NCBI GenBank assembly: GCA_963725545.1
Contig: CAVRZG010000008.1
Location: 59,392-123,391 of the forward strand
Origin: an uncultured Nitrospiraceae bacterium
GTDB lineage: Bacteria; Nitrospirota; Thermodesulfovibrionia; Thermodesulfovibrionales; SM23-35
DNA: 64,000 bases
Direction of reading: 5' to 3'
Shown: positions 53,241 to 62,693 of the stretch, piece after piece
Numbering within the stretch: position 1 is the first letter of the stretch
Layout of the letters: every line of letters begins with the position of its first letter
Notes under the pieces: model-generated
Databases searched by the model: none
What the model saw: only the letters and a program-made list of their open reading frames with translations
Told to the model about the DNA's origin: nothing
Made by a program: the position numbers and the translations under genes

Positions 53241-54392
53241 ATTCTCTGTCTCAACAGCGGTTCCTCTTCCCTGAAATTCGCCTTGTACACAGTGTACAAT
53301 GCCGGAGAGGTTTTGCTTGCCGAAGGGTCCGTGGAGGGTATCGGCCTGAAAGGCGGACATCTCTTGGTCCGAAGTGAAGGGAAAGAAGTTCTGAAAGAGG
53401 AATACGGGGACTTCAGTGAACACGGTCAAGCTGTGAAGGCGACTTTTGAGTCGCTTGAGGAGTTGAGACTTCCTCGTCCATCCGCCGCAGGCCACAGAAT
53501 TGTGCATGGCGGTCCAGGTCATACTGCCCCCATGAGGACGAATCCGGAACTTATTGCAACGCTTCGGGAGTTGGTGCCGTTTGTGCCGTTGCACTTGCCG
53601 AACGAAATATTATGCATCGAAGCTGTTGCCTCGCACTTTCCCGATTTGCCGCAGGTTGCCTGCTTCGATACCGCTTTCCACCGTCGAATGCCTGAACTTG
53701 CGCAGCTCTTGCCTCTTCCCCGCTATCTCTGGGATCAGGGAGTGCGCAGGTACGGCTTTCACGGTCTCTCTTATGAATACATCCTCAACACACTGGGAGA
53801 GAATGGTTCTGGCCGCCTCATTATTGCTCACCTGGGTAATGGCGCGAGCATGGCAGCGTTAAAGGATCGTGAACCTATGGACACTACTATGGGATTCTCG
53901 CCTGCCGGGGGCTTTATGATGGGAACTCGCAGCGGAGACCTGGATCCCGGTGTTTTGCTCTATCTGATGAGAGAGAAAGGTTATGACGCCGGAATGATTG
54001 AGCATACAGTAAATTATGAGGCGGGGCTTCTGGCTGTTTCAGGCATCACCCCGGACATGAGGACCCTCCTTGAAAAAAGAGAAACAGAGCCCCGCGCCGC
54101 CCAGGCCGTAGAAATGTTCTGCTATCACCTCCGCAAGCATATCGGGGCTTTGGCTGCAGTGCTCGGCGGTATAGACACACTCGTTTTTACCGGAGGCATC
54201 GGAGAGAAGGCCGCGCCCGTGAGGTGGAATATATGTAAGAGTCTTGGTCATCTGGGCATCCACCCTGATGCGGAGCGAAATGAACTCCATGCTGAAATCA
54301 TCTCTGCTCCGGATAGCCCCTGCACTGTCCGCGTGATAGCGACCAACGAAGATCTGATCATCGCCCGCCATACATATCAATTGCTTAGCTGA
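53241..54392 (+). CDS. ackA: Acetate kinase; no canonical start codon in front of the conserved N-terminus
   Basis: ILCLNSGSSSLKFALY (the conserved ATP-binding N-terminus) is encoded from the ATT at 53241, in frame with the called TTG at 53283. HRIVHGG, ..FDTAFH..MP.., GFHGLSY and ..HLGNGASM.. follow. Confidence 0.9.
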   Translation: MLCLNSGSSSLKFALYTVYNAGEVLLAEGSVEGIGLKGGHLLVRSEGKEVLKEEYGDFSEHGQAVKATFESLEELRLPRPSAAGHRIVHGGPGHTAPMRTNPELIATLRELVPFVPLHLPNEILCIEAVASHFPDLPQVACFDTAFHRRMPELAQLLPLPRYLWDQGVRRYGFHGLSYEYILNTLGENGSGRLIIAHLGNGASMAALKDREPMDTTMGFSPAGGFMMGTRSGDLDPGVLLYLMREKGYDAGMIEHTVNYEAGLLAVSGITPDMRTLLEKRETEPRAAQAVEMFCYHLRKHIGALAAVLGGIDTLVFTGGIGEKAAPVRWNICKSLGHLGIHPDAERNELHAEIISAPDSPCTVRVIATNEDLIIARHTYQLLS

Positions 54393-54877
54393 ATCTGAAC
54401 GCAGGTCTTTTCTCTCAGTTCACCGATATGTGTTTTCAGACGCTCATTGACCTCTTTCTCAACAAGATAATTTTCAATACTGTCGCGAACGTCTTCAAGT
54501 TCTTTGCCTTCGAAATTCTCTTTGTGCTTATTATAGAAATCCTGTATCTCTTCTTCTTTGATCCTGATCAGGGCCTTTATCTTCATATCCACATACTCCT
54601 TGAGCAGTTCATCCTCTGAAGGCGCTTCCAGCCTTATCTTTCTTGCCTCCCTGAGCAAAAGCACCCTGTTTATCATGGTGTTCAGGACCTCTTCTCTCGT
54701 TATGTCCGCCTTTATCTTCCGGGATTCTGAAAACTTGGAATCGAGCTCGCTGAGGGTTATAGCCTGATTGTCGACAAAAGCCACAACCCTGTCCTGAATC
54801 TCGGCATATGCGCAGGCGCATTGGACCAGGAAGATCCAAATCATAACTAATACCGGTATCGGTTTCTTAAAACGCAT
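54377..54877 (-). CDS. SurA-N-terminal-domain-like periplasmic chaperone
   Basis: Signal peptide (IPVLVMIWIFLVQCACAYA), then VVAFVDNQAITLSELD... and helical chaperone-type sequence with no PPIase domain. It is located downstream of bamA. Confidence 0.6.
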   Translation of the reverse strand: MRFKKPIPVLVMIWIFLVQCACAYAEIQDRVVAFVDNQAITLSELDSKFSESRKIKADITREEVLNTMINRVLLLREARKIRLEAPSEDELLKEYVDMKIKALIRIKEEEIQDFYNKHKENFEGKELEDVRDSIENYLVEKEVNERLKTHIGELREKTCVQIQLSN

Positions 54878-57557
54878 TGCCGATGCTGAAATGTATTTCT
54901 CCAGCGCTCTCTCCTTTTTCTCTGTGCAGCTTCAGTCCATAGTCAATACGAACAGGGCCGACCGGCGTATTGTATCTTAACCCGAGGCCCGCGGCAAACT
55001 TGAGATCTGTCAGCTTCATTTCATTCATTTTCACCCAGACATTCCCTCCATCCAGGAATGTGACGAGGCCGAAGTTCTTCCCAAGTGAAGTTCTGAGTTC
55101 AAGGTTTTCCATAAGAAATGCGTTCCCCCCTGTAGGATTGCCGTCAGCTCCTTTCGGGCCGAGGGTGTCCTGGGCATATCCCCGCACAGTAGTCCTTCCG
55201 CCAAGGAAGAACCTCTCGACTATAGGCAGTTCGTCTGTCTTGAGATATCCCTGTGCCCCGCCGCCCCTTATTGAGGCCGCAAGAACCAACCCTTTTGTAA
55301 TTTCATGATAGGTATTGCCGTAAAAAGCGAGCTTGATAAAATCTGTTTCAGACAGGAAGACCGGAGAGGTCAATTTTAACGTAGCCCCGGCGAAAAGACC
55401 CTTCGTGGGGTAGAACTGATTATCGCGGGTATCATAGATAATACCGAACCGCAACCCGCTTATGACAAGGGTCCCTGTGTCCTCTTTAGTCAGTATTACA
55501 TCCGGTGCCACATCAAAGGTATTAACAATTGAGAATTCATAATACAGTTCGCTTTTCAGTCTTTCACTCAGCTTCTTTTCGAACCCGGCTGTTATAGCGT
55601 TTCTTGTCAGGTGGTAAAGGGTTTCACGGGTATCTATATTAATCTCTTTCTTGTCCTCACCCAGGACAAATACCCTGAACGGCAGTTCTCTGGACAAAAA
55701 CCATGGTTCATAATATTGCAGGATATACCGTCTCTCAAGGGAGCTGAACTCAAGTCTCAGGGATACCTGCCGGTTCAGCCCCATAACATTCCTGTAGCTG
55801 AGATCGAGAATCCCGCGATACAACTCATATTCGGCATACCCCAGACTCAGTTCGACAGCGCCTGCATTTCCCTCTCGCAGCTTGACCAGCACGTCTCTTT
55901 TGTCCTGGTAGCGGTCGAGCACCTCCATATCAATATCAGTAAAAAGACCGATCTTGTAAAGCTTTTGCCGTTCCTGTGAAAGCAGACTGTAGTTGAACGG
56001 TATATCCTCCTGCTGCAGGAGTTCCCGCTGTATGACCTTGTATTTTGTGATCTGGTTGCCGGTGACTACTGTCTTGCCGAACAGAACCACGGCCCCTTCG
56101 TGTATCTCAAAAGTGATGGCGGCCTTCTGTCCCTCCATATCCCTCTTCACTTCCACCGTCACATCCGGAAAGCCTTTATTGCTGTAAAATTCTATTACCC
56201 TGTATCGCGCGTCGGAGAGGTCAACCTCATTGTAGGGATCTCCCGGATGGAGGTTGACCGCTTTCTGCACTTCCGTTTCTGAGACAAGGTTAGTTCCGGT
56301 AATCTTTACGCTTCCGATCTCTGTCTTCGGACCTTCCTGTATCGCTACTACAATATTGACCCTGTCCGTGCCTTCCTCATGCACAGTCTGAATGTCTTCG
56401 ACTTTTGCGGTCAGATATCCAAGGGCGTTATAGAAATTCTCCAGGGTCTCTCTGTCGGTATCAAGAACATCCGGATTAAATATCTTACCCTCCCTGAGAG
56501 ACATGATCTCTTTGACCCTCTCCCCATTGAGGATGCTGCCCTGAAACGAGATCTTGCCGACCTTCATCCTCTCTCCTTCAAAGACAAAAAAAACAACTGT
56601 GATAAGATCGTCCTTTGTCGTAACGACAGGGGCAACCTGCGCATACGGATAACCTTTCACGTGATATACAGACAACAGTCTGTTAACAGCCTCCTGTACA
56701 ACATCCTCACTGAAATCTTCATCCTCGAAAAAGGGCATCTCCTTCAGAAGATCCCCTGTGGAAACGGAATCGTTGCCCTGCAGTGTGACCTGAAGCCGCT
56801 TCCCGGGATCGACTGCAAATGAAAGGACCCCGTCCTTGTATTTGTAGGGACTGATCACGGGCTTATAATATCCTTTATTCTTGAAGTAGGCCTTTATCCT
56901 CTCGCTGTCTTTCTTCAGGATTGTCTGATCATACACATCTCCCTCAGACAGTTTCATTACTGTCTTTGCCTCTTTTGCAGCCCCTTCTATTTCAAGCTTT
57001 CTTATCTTCTCCGGCGCGCCCGTATTGACTGTGATCATCAGATCAATCTTATAAGGGAGCTTCAGTTTCTTAATTTCCGGACTGACTTCAGCATAAGGAA
57101 AGCCGAGGAATGCAAGTTCCCGTTTAAGAGCTGCGGCAGACATGTCTATCAGCCCGCACGTCAGGTACTGCCCCTCTTTTATGTGGAGAAATTCCCTGAT
57201 TTTCTTCCCGGATACTTCATAGGAGCCTCTCAAAGCAATCTTTCTCACCAGATCCTTTTCCTTCACATGGATGATGACTTTGGCGCTCTCCCCTTCGCCT
57301 GCCTCAACCGAGATGTCCTCGAATATACCCTTCAGAAATGCCCTCTTGATTCCTGCCCGCACAGAGTCGGCTCCTATTTTTTCCCCTGGCTGGATGTCCA
57401 GGAGGTAAAGGAGTTCTCCCTTGCCGATGGAAGAGAGTCCGTCAATCTCCACTTCACCCACAGACACGGCAGAGCAATCAGAATACCAAACAAAAGTCAC
57501 CTGCAAGAGGAAGACGAAGAAAAAGAAAAATTGCATATTCAACCTGCTATTCTTCAT
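54867..57557 (-). CDS. bamA: Outer membrane protein assembly factor BamA (Omp85) with POTRA repeats and a C-terminal beta-barrel
   Basis: POTRA-type units (I..I.I.G......I.......G...........D...L...G.....V). The barrel end has ..RGY.., ..GGN......E.R.. and terminal ..HFSIGNAF. Its ATG overlaps the tamB stop (ATGA at 57554-57557). Confidence 0.9.
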   Translation of the reverse strand: MKNSRLNMQFFFFFVFLLQVTFVWYSDCSAVSVGEVEIDGLSSIGKGELLYLLDIQPGEKIGADSVRAGIKRAFLKGIFEDISVEAGEGESAKVIIHVKEKDLVRKIALRGSYEVSGKKIREFLHIKEGQYLTCGLIDMSAAALKRELAFLGFPYAEVSPEIKKLKLPYKIDLMITVNTGAPEKIRKLEIEGAAKEAKTVMKLSEGDVYDQTILKKDSERIKAYFKNKGYYKPVISPYKYKDGVLSFAVDPGKRLQVTLQGNDSVSTGDLLKEMPFFEDEDFSEDVVQEAVNRLLSVYHVKGYPYAQVAPVVTTKDDLITVVFFVFEGERMKVGKISFQGSILNGERVKEIMSLREGKIFNPDVLDTDRETLENFYNALGYLTAKVEDIQTVHEEGTDRVNIVVAIQEGPKTEIGSVKITGTNLVSETEVQKAVNLHPGDPYNEVDLSDARYRVIEFYSNKGFPDVTVEVKRDMEGQKAAITFEIHEGAVVLFGKTVVTGNQITKYKVIQRELLQQEDIPFNYSLLSQERQKLYKIGLFTDIDMEVLDRYQDKRDVLVKLREGNAGAVELSLGYAEYELYRGILDLSYRNVMGLNRQVSLRLEFSSLERRYILQYYEPWFLSRELPFRVFVLGEDKKEINIDTRETLYHLTRNAITAGFEKKLSERLKSELYYEFSIVNTFDVAPDVILTKEDTGTLVISGLRFGIIYDTRDNQFYPTKGLFAGATLKLTSPVFLSETDFIKLAFYGNTYHEITKGLVLAASIRGGGAQGYLKTDELPIVERFFLGGRTTVRGYAQDTLGPKGADGNPTGGNAFLMENLELRTSLGKNFGLVTFLDGGNVWVKMNEMKLTDLKFAAGLGLRYNTPVGPVRIDYGLKLHREKGESAGEIHFSIGNAF

Positions 57558-60500
57558 TTAAACTCAAACCTGAATTTTATATCTCCCCCGAGGCTTCCCC
57601 TTTCATCTCTCACTCCGATGAGCGAGACATTCTTCTCAAGCAGATATTCAAGCTTGATGATCTGTTCCTCGGTCGAGCCTATCGGATTCGAGTAAGTCAC
57701 AAACAGCTTGTCTCCAATCAGACGTTTTGAGACAGTCACCTGGGGGCCTACAGTGCCCGTTTTGTTGGACACGTAAGGTTCGACCTGAAATCTGTCAAGC
57801 CCTGTTATAGCTGCGCAGCCTTTCTTCGATCACATCCTGCACTTTTCCCGTTATGAAGGAAGTCGCCTCTCCTGCGCCGATGCCTCCTTCGAGACCTTTC
57901 AGCTGCTTGCCGACCTGTCCCACTGTCAGCAGCGCAAGGACGTCCGATTCGTCGAGATGAGGATCGGAGGAGAGGGAAAGATTAAAGTGGTCCATCTGCC
58001 CTTCAAGGACCAGTCTGATATTATATCCCTTTACCGTAATTTCAGCAGTCAGATTAACAACAGGTTTGATCCTGTTGGGGTCTGCAAAATCAACACTGGC
58101 AAAAATGATCTTGAATTCATTGTTCCTGAAATAGACATATCCTTCGTTCGACTCAAACCTGCCGAAAAGTATGGGGCTGGAGACAGTCCCTTTCAGCACC
58201 ATGTCCCCTCTTATACGCACAGGCGTCCTCGCTATGTTGTTGTCAATGAGGATATTTTCGTTTCCTGAGACACGAATATTCATTTGGGTTTTCTCAATGA
58301 CGGAAGCCTCTGCTTTTGGGACCTCTTTTGGTTTCACCGTAAGCAGCCAACTCCTCCATTCGACCATCTTCCTGTACCGGGCCCTGTTTATCTTGATATC
58401 TCCGGTTATGCTCATTGAGTCCGGCGTGCCCCTGTAAAGAAGGTCCCCGTTAAAATTCACTGTGAAATCCTTGTCAAAAGTGGTCGTTATATTGTCAAGG
58501 TTTGCCTGGAGATAGAACCTCTTCATGGTAAAGGCCTGAAGATAAACAATGCCGGATATATTGACATTGCCTCCTCCTATTTTTCCTGAGAGATTCTCAA
58601 GGACTACTCTGTCTTCATCAACATACAGATGTCCGTTTACCGAACTGATATACGATGGGAAGTCTTTGAGTCCGAAGGAGGCATTGTTTAAGTTCATTCC
58701 TCCGTTAATATTGGGCTTGTCCCACTTGCCGGTTACGGAAAGCGCAAAATCGGCGTTGCCTTTGATGTACCCTATCTTCTTTGAAAGCCCCTTCAGGGGG
58801 GAGAGAGAGGAACTGCCTTCAAGGGAGATATCATATTCCTTGCCGATCTCCAGCCCGCCATGGAGTCTGAAGGCTGTGGCCCCGCTTTTTACTGTAAATG
58901 TCTTTATCGATACCTTCCTGTTATCGACCGACAACTGTATCGGGGAATCATTCGTAAATGTCTGCCCGAATAATGCAAGTGTAACATGGCTCATGTCCAC
59001 TGCAGCTGAGATATTGTGTCTGTCTCCCTTTAACGAGATGCCGCCTTCAAGATTAAGCTGGAGGTCCTCAGGCACTTCCTTCAGAAATGCGCTCGCAAGA
59101 TAGTCATACCTTCCCTGCTGGAACGATACCTCTGCACTCCAGGGCAATTTATCATCGAATCGTCCACTTCCTTTAATCTTCATTCTTTCATTGAATAATG
59201 CGGCATTGAATGCTATGTCCCTGTTCATTATCGAGGCTCTTATCGTACCCGCGCCGACGTTCTGTCCCTTAATACTCCCACCTGCAATTTTTGCATTGAA
59301 GGAAAAGGTAGGATTATCAACAGTCCCCTGCCCCGATGACTCAACAGACAAAACTACGTCCTCAGGCAACCTCTCAATCCCCATATCTCTGACCATGAGC
59401 CTTTCGGAGCTTGCCTTATAGGAGAACCTATTTTCAGGGAAGAAACGCGCTTCTCCGTCAACTACGGATTTGCCTTTAACAATCCTGACCTTCTTTAGAG
59501 ACAGGCTGTGATTTGAATAAGCAAGCGCCGCTGACCCGGAATCAAAAGGCGCCTTGTATACCGATGCCTTTTCCACAGAGATTTTACCTGTAACATCAGG
59601 GTCGATGTCCTTACCCTCGATCCTGAAGTCCCCTGTCAGCCTCCCTGCTCCAACAAAGTCCCTGTAAAATATCCTTACTGCCTGCCCGAACTCTGCATTC
59701 CTTACGGATGCCTTCAGATCATAGACAGGTTTACCAAGATCAAAAAGGTACCTCGCTTCAGGGAACGTCATTTTACCTTTGATGGTATGCTCTTCCCCCG
59801 ATGACCTGAAAACCGCCTGGCCGACTTCAAGAAGATTCTTCCGATATGAAAGATCAGCCACAGCGCTGTCGGATTTGTACTCTTCAATAATACAGTTCGC
59901 CAGGGAAAACCTGCCGACAATCTTCGGGTCTTCAAAAGTCCCCTTCACGTCCCCGGCAAAATCGCCCCGGCCCTTCAGTTCCTTGTAGTAAGGCAGTGAA
60001 AAATCAGCAACATTCTCCGATAAGATCCTGGTTCTAAGGTTGAGTGTTTTGCCTGCCAGGTCAATAGTCCCGTTAATGTCGGCCTTTGACAGCGAAGTGC
60101 CCATCTGAAGATTGATCAGGGAAAGAATCTGCTCCCGCAGAGAGAAATTGCCTTTTATTTCTTTTACCCTGTTGAGGACGTCATCGACAGGCAGCGCACT
60201 TATCGCCTTATAAGTGAATGAGCCGTCAGGCTGGAATCTCTCACCGGAGGACGAAAGCTCGCCATCTACCTTTCCGGGAGGTATTCCGGGGTCCCAGCCT
60301 ATAAGATTCAAAACAGGCTTACTGTCAACTGAATGAAACTTCACGTTCAGGGAAAAGAAATCAACAACAGGCAGATGTATTGAGGCAGCTGCTTCTGCCG
60401 TACCGTTGTAAATCCGGCCTACTCCGTTCTTGAAATCCATTACTCCGTCTTTGTAGAGGACCTCACACGTCAGCTCATCTATATCGACGTTGTAAAGGTT

Positions 60501-61575
60501 CCCCTTCTGCAGGCGCGCCTTTCCCTTTCCGGAAATATTGTTGAGCCTTCCGGTTATAGTCCCATCCACGTCTATGAGACCTTCAAGTTTCTCTTTCACC
60601 TTCACCAATTCCATCAGGGTCTGGAGATAGAATTCGCCCTTTGACCTTCAGATCGAGGGAGACGTCTTCGAGGCCCTTCAGACGGAACTCTGCCGGTCCG
60701 GTCTTAATTTCCGGGGTGCGGGATTCTTCGCCGCCGAGTCTTATTACACCTTTGGCGGATATCCTGCCCTCGCCACTCTGACCGAGGTGAAACATCCGTT
60801 TCAGAGAACTAACGATCAGGTCTATACCTGCTGTCAATATGCCTTTCCCATGTCCATAATATCCTTGTCCGGTAAATTTTGATCCGAATGCGCCGATCTC
60901 CAGCTGTTTCACTTCTATTACATCCTTCTTAAGAACAACCGCTGTATTCAGGTCACAGACGATTTTCGGCCATCCTTCCTTCTCAATACCAAGCTCTTTA
61001 ACAGCAGCCTTCAGCTTCTGGCTTTCGCCGGTGAGATATTCTCCTGAGAGGCCCTTAATCACCACCTCACCCTTAAGGTTTTCGTCTTTCAGAAACACAT
61101 TTCCCCGCACCACTTCAACGACTCTGATCTTGACTTTGAAAGCAAGTTTCCTCTCCTTCTCAAGGTAGGCCTTCACATGACTGATTATCCCGTCAAGCTG
61201 CTCCCTGTGTGTCGTTACAGAGGCGTCTTCAATTACGAGTCTCTGCAATGTAATCTGCCTGTTGAAGATTCCGGAAAGTGAGATATATCCTTTAACTCTG
61301 CGGGTATTTACAATCGTCTGTCCTGACGCATCTGAAACCTTCAGCTCTTTTGCTTCCAGAAACAGGGGCAGGATGTTGACTGAAAAACGACTTGCAGTGA
61401 CCTTCTGACCGGTCACGTTCTCCAGTTCGGGGATGATGATCCCGCTCAGGGTGTCCGATACATATTGACCTCTCAAAAATAGGGCAAAAAGACCAATAGC
61501 CATTGCAGCAAGCAAGAAAATGAGATACTTCTTGCGACTAGTCCGCCCTATTTTTCCGCCTGCATCAATCGCCAA
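57554..61575 (-). CDS. tamB: TamB/AsmA-like translocation-and-assembly-module protein (~1330 aa) interrupted by two +1 frameshifts (about 60636-60642 and 57797-57812)
   Basis: N-terminal anchor (YLIFLLAAMAIGLFALFL), long beta-rich repeats, and a DUF490-type end (..LDRFQVEPYV.....GPQVTVSKRLIGDKLFVTYS......EEQIIKLEYLL.KNVSLIGVRDERGSLGGDIKFRFEF). Three consecutive ORFs (330, 939 and 72 aa) join seamlessly after +1 shifts. Confidence 0.8.
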
Positions 61576-61752
61576 TATATAGGCTCCCTAAGAACAAATT
61601 GAAAATATAGGCTTCCAACTCGTCAATTTGACAACATTTATTTTAACAATTACCTCACTTTCTTGACTATAACCATTATGCACTATAAGACAAATAAGGC
61701 AAGTAGTGCAGTGTTTCCAACGCTTCTTTACTTATGTTTTGAGTGCCTTGAT

Positions 61753-61840
61753 TCGTCATTCCCGCAGTCCTTAAGCTGGAATCCAGGGCTTCCTTGTCTC
61801 TTAAAGACAATGGATTCCCGATTACTACCTCGGGAATGAC
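61753..61840. repeat. Partial or divergent copy of the family-1 MITE core
   Basis: CGTCATTCCCGCAGTCCTTAAGCTGGAATCCA ... ATGGATTCCCGATTACTACCTCGGGAATGAC resembles the cores at 23765-23860 and 37630-37715. Confidence 0.6.
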
Positions 61841-62693
61841 AATAAGTGGCTTTTTTAAACAACTTTAATGTAAAGCGATTTATGTCGCACTACAATAGAG
61901 ATAGATTTCTATAAGAAATACCGGGATTACTTCTGCAATTCACTTACAGGCAGGCATGCTCAAAAGCTGCAGAATATCTTCACTGATGATGATGTAATTA
62001 CCACTACTTAACCAGGCAGACAATGTCCGATGAAATATTGAATATTCATCCCAACCAACACTCACCAAGTAATTGATGAACGCGGAGTACTGCCACAAGC
62101 GACCGTTTCAGTGATGAGCGGATAGCAACTTCTCACAGGAGTCCATACTAGGCTCATTTTTTCATGACTGCGGAATTCGCCCCGTAGCTTTACGAATTTC
62201 CCCGGTGTTCGGAATGCAGTCTTATGTCGAGTGGATTTTGGAGCCCACTTTCCACCGTGCGAAATACCGGAAGAAACATTCGCCGATAGCAGAGCAAAAA
62301 GAAGCAGACTGGAATTTTAATCCACGGGTGCGCATAACACATAGAAGGTTTCGTCCGAAGAAATGTTCGGCAATGAAGCTTTTGTCTGGAAATATGTGGT
62401 ATAGATGCTATCTTGAAGTGTAAAGAGTGTTCTTTTGCGAATCAATTGGGAGGCTATGTTAAAAAAAGTCGGCAGTAAGAGTAGCACGGCAAGCCCCCAC
62501 TGTTTTCTGTATTGCGATATCCTATAACTTATTTTTCGGTATGGTAATTACTAAGATATTGCTGCCCGTATGCCTGCCGATTGTCAAGAACGATTTTCCG
62601 AGTCGTTGACTTAATTATGAGCATATGCCTATAATTAATTAAGATACCATGCTGATTTCAGAAGAAATATGCTATAAGAGGTTAAAAAAAGGC

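Noticed and set aside
62205-62423. 72-aa ORF in the ORF-poor interval.
   Set aside because: It has no SD and no recognisable similarity, and it sits in an AT-rich, repeat-containing region. It is not reported as a gene.
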